DNA of 64,000 bases from positions 17,548 to 81,547 of the forward strand of contig JAHQWW010000001.1 of assembly GCA_029856365.1 (NCBI GenBank), written 5' to 3'. The translations under genes and the position numbers were made by a program. Within the stretch, counting starts at the first letter, position 1. The number at the start of each line of letters is the position of its first letter. The notes beneath the pieces were generated by a model. It was not told the DNA's origin. It did not search any database and was given only the letters and a program-made list of their open reading frames with translations. Of the stretch, positions 1-10,356 are shown piece by piece. Source of the stretch: Candidatus Hodarchaeota archaeon. Lineage in GTDB: Archaea; Asgardarchaeota; Heimdallarchaeia; Hodarchaeales; Hodarchaeaceae.

Positions 1-867
1 GGTAATGACCAATTTGTGTTGCCTATTCCGAGTCTAAATGTGATCAACGGTGGAGAGCATGGTGGAAATGATATTGCTTTCCAAGAATTTATGTTAATGC
101 CCGTAGATGCGCCTACTTTTAAGGAAGCAATGGTTTTAGGTGTCGAAGTGTATCATACCTTGAAAAAGATCATTAAAAAGAAACACGGAGTCACCGCTGT
201 TAATGTAGGTGATGAAGGTGGATTTGCTCCTCCTTTAAGCCTAGTTGAAGAGCCATTGAAGCTTATAATGGAAGCAATCGATGAGGCTGGTCATACAGGG
301 AGATTTCAGCTAGCACTGGATCCTGCAGCATCTGAATTCTACGAAAATGGAAAATATATCGTAGATGGCAAAGCGTTAGACAAAGATGCTTTTGTAGAGG
401 TATACGAAGGTTTTATTGAAAAATACCCTATAATTTCTATCGAGGATCCTTTTGATCAAGATGATTGGGCAACTTTTCAGAAATTTACTCTGAGAAATGG
501 AGATAAAATCCAAATTGTTGGTGATGATTTGTTGGTTACAAATGTCAACCGTATTCAAAAAGCCATTGATTCTAAAGCTTGTAATGCACTCTTGTTAAAG
601 GTTAACCAGATTGGATCAGTCACAGAGAGTATTAATGCAGCAAAACTTAGTCAGGATAATGGTTGGACAGTAATGGTGTCTCACAGATCTGGTGAGACAG
701 AGGATCCTTTCATAGCAGATTTAGTGGTTGGATTAAAAACAGGTCAGATCAAAACAGGTGCTCCATGTCGCTCTGAAAGATTAGCAAAATATAACCAGTT
801 AATCCGAATTGAGGAACTGTTGGGTGATCAAGCGACGTATGCAGGTACAAAATTCCAGCACCTCTGA
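1..867 (+). CDS. eno: Enolase (phosphopyruvate hydratase), 5'-truncated by the window edge
   Basis: Frame 1 is open from nt 1. The translation has enolase hallmarks: [43 protein letters not shown]. Confidence 0.95.
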   Translation, partial: GNDQFVLPIPSLNVINGGEHGGNDIAFQEFMLMPVDAPTFKEAMVLGVEVYHTLKKIIKKKHGVTAVNVGDEGGFAPPLSLVEEPLKLIMEAIDEAGHTGRFQLALDPAASEFYENGKYIVDGKALDKDAFVEVYEGFIEKYPIISIEDPFDQDDWATFQKFTLRNGDKIQIVGDDLLVTNVNRIQKAIDSKACNALLLKVNQIGSVTESINAAKLSQDNGWTVMVSHRSGETEDPFIADLVVGLKTGQIKTGAPCRSERLAKYNQLIRIEELLGDQATYAGTKFQHL

Positions 868-1163
868 ACCTCAGTCTTTTCTTTTACGAGAAATATCCTG
901 TTGTACGATAAAAAGGATTTTTCTCTTTCTTTTTTCTGATTTGCTTTCTTCTTTCTTTATTGAAAATCTCTGAACTGGATCAAAAGGACTTCCACTTTTT
1001 TAGAGTTTTCATAAGGTCATTATAAATTAAAAACGTAATCCTGTATTAAATTAAATATATATATTTTTGTTTAAAAGGGTCTACTTGGCGAAATAAACTA
1101 AATTCAGAAAGGAATTCGTCTTAATCTATAAATTTTATTACTAATTCATAGACGTGTTAAACA

Positions 1164-3608
1164 ATGTCGGAAAATAAAAGCGAAAAGTACGTTATCTGGT
1201 TCGATGAGCTCAGGATCGAAGATGTACCGTTAGTTGGAGGAAAGAACGCCTCTCTAGGTGAAATGTATCATAGTCTCAAGGAAAAGGGAGTTTTAGTCCC
1301 TAATGGTTTTGCTATAACTGCAGCTGCTTATCGTCATCTTTTAAAGGACGCTGGAATTGAAGATGCAGTTAAGGGAGCATTAGAAGGATTAGACACTCAT
1401 GATATTCGTAACCTTCAGGAACGTGGAAGAAAAGTTAGAGAGATAATTCGATACGCCAAACTTCCTGATGATTTGGAAGAGGAGATCCGAAAAGCATACC
1501 ATCGTCTTTGTGATGAAACAAGTACAGTTGACGTTGATGTTGCAGTCCGTTCCAGTGCTACTGCAGAGGATCTCCCTGACGCATCTTTTGCGGGCCAACA
1601 AGAAACTTATCTCAACATTCGAGGAGAAGAATCTCTTTTATTTGCCTGTCGTTCATGTTTTGCTAGTCTTTTTACGAATCGGGCGATAAGCTATAGAGAA
1701 GACAAGGGTTTTGGGCATTTTGATGTTTATCTTTCAATAGGAGTGCAAGTAATGGTACGCTCCGATGCCGCCTCTTCTGGTGTAATATTTTCTATTGATA
1801 CTGAATCTGGTTTTAAAGACGCGGTATATATTACCGGTGCTTTCGGTCTAGGTGAAAATGTGGTGCAAGGAGCTGTGAATCCTGATGAATTCTACGTCTT
1901 TAAACCGACGTTAAAGGAAGGAAAGCGCCCTATCATTGGAAAACGTCTCGGGACCAAAGAAGAAATGATGGTTTACACCTCAGATCAACGTCGGCCAACT
2001 AAAAATGTTGACACACCTGAATCTATGCGAAGATCTTTCTGTATTAATGATGACGAAGCTATCCAGCTTGCTAAGTGGGCAACAATAATTGAGGATCACT
2101 ATGGAAAACCCATGGACATAGAATGGGCTAAAAACGGAGATGGAGATTACGAGGGTGACGGAAAACTCTATATAGTTCAAGCACGACCAGAAACAGTGCA
2201 TTCTCAAAAAGCATCTAATGTAATTGAGACTTATGTTTTGAGTGAAAAGGGGAAAGAACTAGTTAGAGGTCAAGCGGTTGGATCTAAAATAGGACAGGGT
2301 AAGGTTAATGTCATTGAGAAATCTTCACGAATTCATGAATTTAAGAAAGGCGAAGTCTTAGTTACTGATATGACGGATCCTGACTGGGAGCCAATTATGA
2401 AAATAGCATCTGCAATTATTACAAATCGTGGTGGGCGTACTTGCCACGCAGCTATTGTTTCACGAGAGCTCGGGATTCCAGCAGTTATTGGAACAGAAAT
2501 CTCAACTAAAGTGCTGAAAGATGGAATGGAGGTCACTGCTTCATGCGCAGAAGGACAAGAGGGTATTATTTACGAGGGTATCCTTCCTTTCAATGTAGAA
2601 AGAATATTCTTAGATGAAATGCCTAAAACTCGAACTAAAATTATGATGAATGTTGGTATTCCTGAAAAAGCATTCGACCAAGGCCAGATACCCAACGATG
2701 GGGTTGGATTAGCAAGAGAAGAATTCATCATAAACTCCTATATAGGAATCCATCCCCTTGCTTTACATCACTACGATGAGCTCAAAGAAAAAGCTGATAT
2801 AGATGGTGAAATTCGAGAAATTATTCGTAAAATTGATGAGAAAACTGCAGCATATGAAGATAAAGAAGAGTTCTTTATTGAAAACCTAGCAATGGGAATC
2901 GGCCGTATTGCTGCTGGTTTCTATCCTAACGATGTTGTTGTCCGCTTATCAGATTTTAAGACAAATGAGTATGCTAATCTAATCGGAGGATCACTTTATG
3001 AACCTGATGAATCCAATCCAATGATCGGTTGGCGGGGTGCTTCACGTTATTATGATCCAAGCTTCAAACCTGCCTTTATCATGGAATGTAAAGCGATTAA
3101 ACGCGTTCGAGATGAAATGGGCTTAACTAATGTCATTACCATGATTCCTTTCTGTCGCACAGTAGAAGAGGGCCGGAAAGTCATTGTGGCTATGGCTGAA
3201 GCGGGCTTGAAACAAGGTGAGAATGGATTAGAAGTCTATGTGATGGCTGAGATTCCGTCTAACGTGATTGAAGCTGATGGTTTTGCTGAAATATTCGATG
3301 GATTTTCCATTGGGAGTAATGACTTGACACAGCTTGCTCTTGGTCTTGATCGTGATTCCGAATTAGTTGCTCATATTTATGATGAACGCGACACATCAGT
3401 GAAACGGCTAGTGAAATCAGTTATTGATACTGCTAAGGAGAAAGGTAAAAAGATTGGCATCTGTGGGCAAGCGCCAAGTGATTTTCCAGAGTTTGCTACT
3501 TTCCTTGTCGAATGCGGTATTGATTCCATGAGCTTAAATCCTGATACTGTTGTAAAGACTAAACTTGATATCGCTAAAAAGGAAAAGGAATTAGGCATTC
3601 AACCCTAA
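1164..3608 (+). CDS. ppsA: Phosphoenolpyruvate synthase (pyruvate, water dikinase)
   Basis: 814 aa with an N-terminal ATP-grasp (VGGKNASLGEM), a swivel domain with the phospho-His motif GGRTCHAAIVSRELGIPAV, and a C-terminal PEP/pyruvate TIM barrel (SIGSNDLTQL). Confidence 0.95.
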   Translation: MSENKSEKYVIWFDELRIEDVPLVGGKNASLGEMYHSLKEKGVLVPNGFAITAAAYRHLLKDAGIEDAVKGALEGLDTHDIRNLQERGRKVREIIRYAKLPDDLEEEIRKAYHRLCDETSTVDVDVAVRSSATAEDLPDASFAGQQETYLNIRGEESLLFACRSCFASLFTNRAISYREDKGFGHFDVYLSIGVQVMVRSDAASSGVIFSIDTESGFKDAVYITGAFGLGENVVQGAVNPDEFYVFKPTLKEGKRPIIGKRLGTKEEMMVYTSDQRRPTKNVDTPESMRRSFCINDDEAIQLAKWATIIEDHYGKPMDIEWAKNGDGDYEGDGKLYIVQARPETVHSQKASNVIETYVLSEKGKELVRGQAVGSKIGQGKVNVIEKSSRIHEFKKGEVLVTDMTDPDWEPIMKIASAIITNRGGRTCHAAIVSRELGIPAVIGTEISTKVLKDGMEVTASCAEGQEGIIYEGILPFNVERIFLDEMPKTRTKIMMNVGIPEKAFDQGQIPNDGVGLAREEFIINSYIGIHPLALHHYDELKEKADIDGEIREIIRKIDEKTAAYEDKEEFFIENLAMGIGRIAAGFYPNDVVVRLSDFKTNEYANLIGGSLYEPDESNPMIGWRGASRYYDPSFKPAFIMECKAIKRVRDEMGLTNVITMIPFCRTVEEGRKVIVAMAEAGLKQGENGLEVYVMAEIPSNVIEADGFAEIFDGFSIGSNDLTQLALGLDRDSELVAHIYDERDTSVKRLVKSVIDTAKEKGKKIGICGQAPSDFPEFATFLVECGIDSMSLNPDTVVKTKLDIAKKEKELGIQP

Positions 3609-3664
3609 TTTCAAATCCCTTCTTTTATTTAAAGATCGTTTTTCTGCAAAATAAGCTTTTTTTC

Positions 3665-4021
3665 TTATTTTTCACTTTCAATTTTTTTTAATAGAATTAA
3701 TCTAAGACATTCAAGGCAAGCCTCGCCCAGACAGCGTTTTTCTGAAACTATCAAGAGCTTTTCAGGAGTCCTCTCAAGAGTAATAGCTGCAACAGGACAT
3801 ACCCCAATTACAGTGTTCTCAAAGTTTTTTAATTGTGTATGAAGATTAATCTGGTGGGAAATGTTCTGGATAGTATTTTTGTGAGGCGATTTTTTCGTAA
3901 ATTCCGTAAATTTATTTCGAGAGAAAAAACGGCTCACTAGATATATATTCAACGCTAATAAGGTAAGAAGAACAAATACTATCAAAATAAAAAATACAAG
4001 TTGTATCTGAGGTGATATCAT
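3665..4021 (-). CDS. Small membrane protein with N-terminal TM helix and Cys-containing C-terminal part (CP...C-x4-C-x2-C), function unknown
   Basis: Hydrophobic N-terminus LVFFILIVFVLLTLLALNIYLV. The start lies 3 nt after the stop of the upstream NuoD-like gene. The Cys spacing is only a ferredoxin-like remnant. Confidence 0.4.
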   Translation of the reverse strand: MISPQIQLVFFILIVFVLLTLLALNIYLVSRFFSRNKFTEFTKKSPHKNTIQNISHQINLHTQLKNFENTVIGVCPVAAITLERTPEKLLIVSEKRCLGEACLECLRLILLKKIESEK

Positions 4022-4024
4022 TAT

Positions 4025-5164
4025 TTATCCCTCTAAATCATATCCCATTTCAGGATCGAAAAAGAGTAAAATAATAGGTCTCATAGAGATTGGATAGCTT
4101 GAAAGAATTTTTATGAATCCTGTTATATTTGACATTTGGGGGGGAATAAAATTGAAATAATGGACCATATTATCCGATATATTCACTGTTAAATGACTTT
4201 CACCAAGAACAGTTGAAAAAGATGATGTAGCTTCGCCATTCAAAGGTTTAATTGATGTATCTAAGGATTTGATTGGGAAATTTTTGAGTAATTGAGAAAT
4301 TCGATTTATTGCTAAAATCAATTCAACATAACCAACTCTTAATACATTCAATAGATTATTATCAGTCGCATATGCGTACTTGAGAAAAAGCTGTGCTGAT
4401 TGTCTTGTAGGAACAGAAGACGGTGTAGTTAATGAGGGAATAGCTCCCGAGGCTCGTGCTATAGGCCCAGTAATCCCTGTAGTTTTTACATTATCTAAAG
4501 AAAGAATTTTCGGCTCTGCAAGAGTATTTTCAATCTTTAACTTTCTCTCGATATATTTTGCTATCAACCAAGCGTTTTTTTGTTGGAAAAGAATAATATT
4601 TTTAATTTCTGGAATTTTCGAAAGAATTAAAGGCTGGATTATGGATGCTGGGCGAATTAAACCAAATGGAAATCTAACCTGCCATAAAGATTCAAAAATA
4701 TATTGAAAAGAGGAATAGGATTCAAAAGAGATTATTGCAGTTTTATGTTCCTCAAAAAAACGGAAAATCCAATAAAATAGGCAAAAATAGATCATTGCTC
4801 TTTCTATATTCAGTAGTAACCCCCTATATTGCTTAATGTCATTTGAGACTATTGTCCCTGTAATTAATTCAATAGTTTCAGATAATTGGACTTGATGTGA
4901 GATAGCATTGATGGGTTGTTCTCTTTCAAGGAGGAAAAATAGTTTAGAAAGAGGAATATCAGTTTTTAATCTCTGCTTATTACGTTTTTTATGCAGATAC
5001 TTTCTTAAATCATTGATAGTTATTGTTGTCAAAAGTTGTGAGAATATTTCAGGGAAAAAACGGAAATTATTTATTTTTTTTGTAGTTTTAATCTCAATAT
5101 TCTCCATTTTGGAAACCTTGTTGTTACTCGGGATTTTACGGACAACTCTTTCATAAATCAACAA
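4025..5164 (-). CDS. Highly divergent NuoD / group-4 [NiFe]-hydrogenase large-subunit-like protein lacking metal-ligand cysteines
   Basis: Motif-level resemblance to the NuoD/HycE fold: TGITGPIARASG (cf. GxxGPxxRASG), LRVGYVELILAINRISQLLKNFP, and a C-terminus F-IPPQMSNI...FFDPEMGYDLEG (cf. R-PSFxNL...S-D-xxGExDR). There is no RxCGxC or DPCxxC. Confidence 0.45.
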   Translation of the reverse strand: MLIYERVVRKIPSNNKVSKMENIEIKTTKKINNFRFFPEIFSQLLTTITINDLRKYLHKKRNKQRLKTDIPLSKLFFLLEREQPINAISHQVQLSETIELITGTIVSNDIKQYRGLLLNIERAMIYFCLFYWIFRFFEEHKTAIISFESYSSFQYIFESLWQVRFPFGLIRPASIIQPLILSKIPEIKNIILFQQKNAWLIAKYIERKLKIENTLAEPKILSLDNVKTTGITGPIARASGAIPSLTTPSSVPTRQSAQLFLKYAYATDNNLLNVLRVGYVELILAINRISQLLKNFPIKSLDTSIKPLNGEATSSFSTVLGESHLTVNISDNMVHYFNFIPPQMSNITGFIKILSSYPISMRPIILLFFDPEMGYDLEG

Positions 5165-5327
5165 ATTTGTCTTTCTTTCTTTTTTTTTCTCCTTATATTA
5201 CAATATAAATTTCATCCTTATTTCATAAATTTATCGCGAAATAAATAATAATTGAAATCCTAAAGTCGAGAATTAATTGCCAAGGACATTCCACGGAGGC
5301 GTACGTTTGGGTTTTCGCCCAGAAAAA

Positions 5328-7445
5328 ATGAATATTGCCAAAATCAGAGTTAAAAAGGAACTAGGAAGGCTGTTCCTTAATGAAATTAATAGGAAATTCG
5401 AACTAGAGATTATTGACTTAGTAAAGACAGCCCAGTTTGAACCGTTGTCATTATCAGATGTAGAAACAGAAACCATCAACCTATCTGCTGAGTTTGTCCA
5501 AATAACAAAAATTTTGGGCAATATGGATTCAAAATACAGCGGAAGCATGAATCTTGAAAACCTTTCGTTATCTGATCTTAATGATAAAGCACAATCCTTA
5601 TTAAAATCAACTCAACCTTTAATAAAAGAATTAAAATCTATAAAGAACATTGAGGAGGAAATTTCTGATTTTAAGAAAACGATCAGTTCATTAAAGGCGA
5701 TCAAAAACATAGATATCCAAAATATCCAGGATATAGGAGAGGGAAGCCATTTCTATGCTGTTCTTGGATTTTTAAAGGGAATTCGTCAGTATCGTCTTGA
5801 AATGGCGCTTGATCAACTCACCGGGGGAGATTTTATATTTATTCCTTCTCCTTCCAGAAAAGCTAAGGTGATTTGTCTCGTTGGAGTAATGAAATCATAT
5901 CAAGCAGCACTGAATCGCTTACTCAGTGGATTAGGTTTTGATGAAGTTAAATTCCCTAAAGAACTTAAGGGTACTCCTACTGAAGCTATTGAGCAAGCAA
6001 AAACGGAATTAACAAAACGTAATAAAGAAATCAAAACTCTGCGACAAAATGTAAAAGAGATGGTGGAGGAACATGAGCTAGAAATTCGTGCTATGAAAGA
6101 ACAACTATCTTTAGAAGAAAATAGATTGAGAATTCTCCAACGGACCCAACTAAGAAAGCAACATTATATTATCTGGGCCTGGCTCCCAGCAAAAGCATCA
6201 AAACGATTTCTTAAGAAGATTCAGCAAATAGATCCTTCAATAACAGCTGAGATTATTAAACCGAAGCTTGAAAGTAGTGAATTTCCCACCAAAATCCGTA
6301 ATAATATCTATTCACGTTCATTCGAGGGTCTTGTTTATGGGTTTGGTGTCCCTGGATATAAAGAATGGGATCCCACCAAATTCTTGAGTATATTAATTCC
6401 TATCTTTTTTGGTATAATGTTTGGAGATGTTATTGACGGGTTGATAGTTCTTCTTATCGGACTTTATGGCTTAACTTTGAATCCTAAGAAGTATTCCAAA
6501 AACTCTATGCTTGCTGAACTTCAGAGTTACATTGATAAAGGGGGCCTAATTCTAATCACAGTTGGTACAACTGCTATGATATTCGGGTTCCTTTTCGGGA
6601 CTTATCGAGGGTTAGGGGGTCATCATGCCTTAGAAGTTGGCTTACCTGTTCTATGGTTTTCCCCAGAAATCGAGGGGGGGCAATTTGCTTTGTTAGAGCT
6701 TGCAATCTTTATAGGAGCATTAGTTATTGGATCTGCTTTAGTTATACAGTTTATGGGAGCATTGGGTCATAATAAGAGTGAGGCGATATTTCTTCCAGGA
6801 ATGTTCCTTCTTTTCTACATTGGTTTAGTATTTCTAGTATTCACTTTTGGCCCAAATCCAACACAATGGTTAACAGCCACAGAGGGAGTATTTGACTTGA
6901 AAGCCTTACAAACGATTGCTCAATATCAGCAGGAATTAATGCAACATCATCACATCGACTTCACCAGTCCAATTGGTACTATATTTGAAAGTCTAGGTTC
7001 TGCACATTGGGGAATTCCAGTATTTTCTGTCCCTGGAATAAATATAAGTTATCCACTCGCGTTAATGTTGTTTCCTCTAATCTTATCAGCAATTTATCAT
7101 TTTAGACATGGAATGGATGGAATCGGTGAATTACTTGACTACCTAATTACAATGATCTCAAATACAATTTCATTTGCGCGTATTTTCGCCTACACCATGG
7201 TTCATGGCTCTCTTTCTCTAGTTTTCATTCAACTGTTCTCTGGCAATGCACATACTCTTGTTGAATTTCTTCCTGGTATGATTTTAGGAGGGTTTGTAGT
7301 AATCCCTCTAGAATTATTAGTATCATTTCTTCAGTCTTTACGTCTTTGTTGGGTTGAATTTTTTTCAAAAATTCACTTTCAAGGATCAGGTTATTTATTT
7401 CAACCATTTATCGAAACACGATTATATACTACGACAGGTAGCTAA
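5328..7445 (+). CDS. atpI: A-type (A1Ao) ATP synthase subunit I
   Basis: About 705 aa from the ATG at 5328; the ORF-track start at 5277 is a TTG. It has an N-terminal cytoplasmic coiled-coil domain and a C-terminal multi-TM domain with the conserved Arg motif ISFARIFAYTMVHGSL. Confidence 0.9.
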   Translation: MNIAKIRVKKELGRLFLNEINRKFELEIIDLVKTAQFEPLSLSDVETETINLSAEFVQITKILGNMDSKYSGSMNLENLSLSDLNDKAQSLLKSTQPLIKELKSIKNIEEEISDFKKTISSLKAIKNIDIQNIQDIGEGSHFYAVLGFLKGIRQYRLEMALDQLTGGDFIFIPSPSRKAKVICLVGVMKSYQAALNRLLSGLGFDEVKFPKELKGTPTEAIEQAKTELTKRNKEIKTLRQNVKEMVEEHELEIRAMKEQLSLEENRLRILQRTQLRKQHYIIWAWLPAKASKRFLKKIQQIDPSITAEIIKPKLESSEFPTKIRNNIYSRSFEGLVYGFGVPGYKEWDPTKFLSILIPIFFGIMFGDVIDGLIVLLIGLYGLTLNPKKYSKNSMLAELQSYIDKGGLILITVGTTAMIFGFLFGTYRGLGGHHALEVGLPVLWFSPEIEGGQFALLELAIFIGALVIGSALVIQFMGALGHNKSEAIFLPGMFLLFYIGLVFLVFTFGPNPTQWLTATEGVFDLKALQTIAQYQQELMQHHHIDFTSPIGTIFESLGSAHWGIPVFSVPGINISYPLALMLFPLILSAIYHFRHGMDGIGELLDYLITMISNTISFARIFAYTMVHGSLSLVFIQLFSGNAHTLVEFLPGMILGGFVVIPLELLVSFLQSLRLCWVEFFSKIHFQGSGYLFQPFIETRLYTTTGS

Positions 7446-7468
7446 GAATATGCATTGAGCGTATAAAC

Positions 7469-8551
7469 ATGGGATTTGGGCAAATAACTGAAGCAAAGCG
7501 GTATTCGTACATAAATACCCGAATTAAGGCCCGGAAAGGACAGCTACTAACTGCTGCAGATTATGAACGACTGTTATCAAGTACACTGAAAGAAGGTTTG
7601 ACTTATCTTCAAAACACTCCACGTTATCAAGAGTCATTCTCTACTTTAGATCCAAACTCTATGAATTTCACCAATGAATTGGAGCGGCTCCTTTATGAAA
7701 ATGTTTATAATGAAGTATTTAAATTAACTAAAGATGCTCCTGAGAAAGCTCGTGATGTTATAGAGTTTTATTTAAAAAAATCTTATATTAAAAAATTAAA
7801 ACGTATAATTCGTCTAATTCATACGAAAGAACTCGTCTCACTATCATTAGAGGAGTTCTATGCCGTAACTTCAGAAGAAAAAGTCGAATTATCCATTATT
7901 TCAAAAACTGAAAGTATTGAAGAATTAATTCAAAGTCTTCAGACTCACTGGGTTGTAGAAGCCCTGAAATCAGTAATGGTTGAATATAAAGAACAAAAAA
8001 ATGTATTATTATTAGAAAATGCTCTTGATCACTTTTATTACAAGCAATTATGGGAAACAATAATACCATATCAAAATAAAAGGGATCTTGAGGTTGCACA
8101 AAAGATTATAGGAATGGAAATTGATCTAAATAATATAAATATCATTTTAAGAAGTAAAATACTTAACTTTCCACCAGAAGAGATTTTCACTCAATTAATA
8201 CCAATAAATCACCGATTAGGCTCTAATTTGTCTCAAGCAGTTAGGGCTTTCTCGTTTTCTGATGCTATAGATAGTTTAAAAACCACAGTATATTCTGATC
8301 TAGTTCAGGCGATTTATCGTGAGTATAGGGAGAAAAAAAAATCCATCATTAAGATTGAACAGCTTCAACAGGAATGGTTTATTCAAGCATTATTTGCAAT
8401 GTTAGCTCGATATCCATTTCATATCGGTATATTTTTGTCTTATGTTATATTTCGTTTACAAGAAACAGAGAACTTGCGAATAATCTTTGAAACAAAATGG
8501 AAAGGAATAGATCTCAAATTTGCCCGTGAACTGTTAATTTACTTCAAATAA
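7469..8551 (+). CDS. atpC: A-type ATP synthase subunit C (V-ATPase d homologue)
   Basis: 360 aa. The N-terminus YSYINTRIKARKGQLLTAADYERLL is typical of AtpC/Vma6-like proteins. It sits between atpI and atpK. Confidence 0.85.
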   Translation: MGFGQITEAKRYSYINTRIKARKGQLLTAADYERLLSSTLKEGLTYLQNTPRYQESFSTLDPNSMNFTNELERLLYENVYNEVFKLTKDAPEKARDVIEFYLKKSYIKKLKRIIRLIHTKELVSLSLEEFYAVTSEEKVELSIISKTESIEELIQSLQTHWVVEALKSVMVEYKEQKNVLLLENALDHFYYKQLWETIIPYQNKRDLEVAQKIIGMEIDLNNINIILRSKILNFPPEEIFTQLIPINHRLGSNLSQAVRAFSFSDAIDSLKTTVYSDLVQAIYREYREKKKSIIKIEQLQQEWFIQALFAMLARYPFHIGIFLSYVIFRLQETENLRIIFETKWKGIDLKFARELLIYFK

Positions 8552-8618
8552 CATCATCTAGCCAATTAAAAAAAAAGAATGAACATAATAACAAAAACTA
8601 AATGGTTGTGAAACATGA

Positions 8619-9011
8619 ATGAACATCCAACAGAAGAAGCAAATTATAAAATTGCAACTCTTTATAGGTCTAATGGCATTAATTCTTCTCAGTCTATTAA
8701 TAATGGTTAGCTCTGTGGTAGCTAGTCCTGTAACTACTCAAGAACCTCAGGAACCAACTCAGGAATTAGATTATGGACAAGCGATCTTCGGATTGGCTAT
8801 TGGAGCAGGGATAGCCATGGGACTTGCAGGAGTAGGAGCTGCACTTGCTTTGGGAACTGCCAGCTCTGCTGCTATTGGTGCAATTGCTGAACGTCCAGAA
8901 GTATTTGGGCGGACTATTATTTTCATTGCTTTCATAGAAGGTATTGGTGTCTTTGGTTTCGTTATTGCTTTTATGCTCTACCTAGCTATTGGACAAATAA
9001 TAGCTCCCTGA
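8619..9011 (+). CDS. atpK: A-type ATP synthase proteolipid subunit K (c subunit), with an N-terminal extension
   Basis: A two-helix hairpin GAGIAMGLAGVGAALALG...ERPEVFGRTIIFIAFIEGIGVFGFVIAF with the ion-binding Glu. It is preceded by about 50 extra residues containing a hydrophobic segment. Confidence 0.9.
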   Translation: MNIQQKKQIIKLQLFIGLMALILLSLLIMVSSVVASPVTTQEPQEPTQELDYGQAIFGLAIGAGIAMGLAGVGAALALGTASSAAIGAIAERPEVFGRTIIFIAFIEGIGVFGFVIAFMLYLAIGQIIAP

Positions 9012-9019
9012 TTTTCTTA

Positions 9020-9331
9020 TTAAAGACAGTCCTCTTCTTCCTCCTCCTCTTCTTCTGCGGTTATTAGCTTGTTTAGACCTGGAAATGAGGATTTCGAAGA
9101 AAACCGTTGAAATGGCTGTTTACTTACCGTGTAGTAAAGCTCAACTATTGCTATGGCAAAGAATAGGATGGGCATACCAATTATTACAACATCTCGTAAT
9201 GGAGATTCTTGGTTTGCTGATAAGAGGTACCCAATGATTAATCCTGCAATAACCATCACTGGAATGTTGAAGGCGGCCGCAGCGATAGATGCTGAAGTAG
9301 GTAATGTTCGTTTTCTCCTTTCTGGTGACAT
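9020..9331 (-). CDS. Small two-TM membrane protein with poly-Glu C-terminal tail (AtpZ/AtpI-like is speculative)
   Basis: Two hydrophobic helices plus an EEEEEEEEDCL tail. It is the last gene of the long minus-strand operon. Two other overlapping ORFs on this stretch were judged spurious. Confidence 0.4.
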   Translation of the reverse strand: MSPERRKRTLPTSASIAAAAFNIPVMVIAGLIIGYLLSANQESPLRDVVIIGMPILFFAIAIVELYYTVSKQPFQRFSSKSSFPGLNKLITAEEEEEEEEDCL

Positions 9332-9348
9332 CTATGCTTATTCCTGAT

Positions 9349-10287
9349 CTAGTCAACTTTGCGAATGCAGGTTTTTCCTATAAAAGAATTCGCTTCTTTT
9401 GCTACAGGTTCACATTTTGAACGAAAGAGACACCATACTGATTGATCCCAATCATATTCAGGAAGAGTTTCATAGTGACCCATCCCTTTTGCAATAATTA
9501 AGTCAGTTCTTCTAATGGTTTCACGAAATTCGTCTGAGACTTCATCTAAAAGTAAACCTACAGAGTTTGTACCTATAGAGATAATTTCTGGACGAGTTGC
9601 AAGATCTAATTCCCACCAAAAATCTCGTAAGTCCGATAAAGTAGCATCATTCAGAATTGGCTTACTTTTTCCTGCAACAGTTACCTTTTTGCCTTGCTCC
9701 AGAAGAATGTCAATAACTTTAAAGTCAAATATAGCCTCTCCTGCATTATCTGTCAAATAAAGAATAGTAGACGCCCCTGCAATTTCAGAAAAAAAAATAG
9801 GAAGGAGTTCAATAGAAAATGTATCCCAATCTTTTTCTGCAGAATCAAAGACATTTTGAAGATTTTCTTCTAAATTGAATTCATTTTCTTGGCCTAAAAG
9901 GTCATACTCGATGATATTTGCTGCAGTAGCTAGTGCTAAAGCTAATTCAAATTGTTTTTTTGGATTATTGATAGAATTTACCTTTCTTTGAATCATATGC
10001 CAAAGTTTGTTAGTTTGCGCTTTCAAATGTGCTTTTTCCTGCTTATAAGTGTCGTCTACTTGGAAGTAATTTTGTAGAAACCTATCACGTTTAGTACCAA
10101 TATAGCTGGGACAAAGTCGAAGAGGATGAAGAATTCTTTCAGAAGCATTGGAATTCACATGCTCCGAAATAATCTGAATGACACCTACTAGAGCATTGAA
10201 ACGAAGCTCCTCATCTGTAGTTAACCTTTCAACTTGTTTTTTTGCCCGATAATACAAACAATAAAGGCAATCTGACTTTATTTTCAA
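9349..10287 (-). CDS. DUF89 (ARMT1-like) damage-control phosphatase family protein
   Basis: N-terminal CLYC, the metal-site motif LTDNAGEAIFD, and a C-terminal AKGMGHYETL, all typical of DUF89 subfamily I. Confidence 0.8.
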   Translation of the reverse strand: MKIKSDCLYCLYYRAKKQVERLTTDEELRFNALVGVIQIISEHVNSNASERILHPLRLCPSYIGTKRDRFLQNYFQVDDTYKQEKAHLKAQTNKLWHMIQRKVNSINNPKKQFELALALATAANIIEYDLLGQENEFNLEENLQNVFDSAEKDWDTFSIELLPIFFSEIAGASTILYLTDNAGEAIFDFKVIDILLEQGKKVTVAGKSKPILNDATLSDLRDFWWELDLATRPEIISIGTNSVGLLLDEVSDEFRETIRRTDLIIAKGMGHYETLPEYDWDQSVWCLFRSKCEPVAKEANSFIGKTCIRKVD

Positions 10288-10356
10288 TTAAATACCAGCA
10301 ATTTATCTTTATTTCCTAAAAATGACATTCATTGAATAAAGTTTGTATATATTGGA

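Noticed and set aside
9020-9075. A CTC/TTC-rich tract, considered as a repeat element
   Set aside because: It is simply the coding sequence of the poly-Glu C-terminal tail on the minus strand.
9141-9356. Two alternative ORFs (9141-9356 minus, 9153-9347 plus) overlapping the small membrane protein gene
   Set aside because: The 9020-9331 frame gives two clean TM helices and fits the operon spacing. The alternatives have no features.
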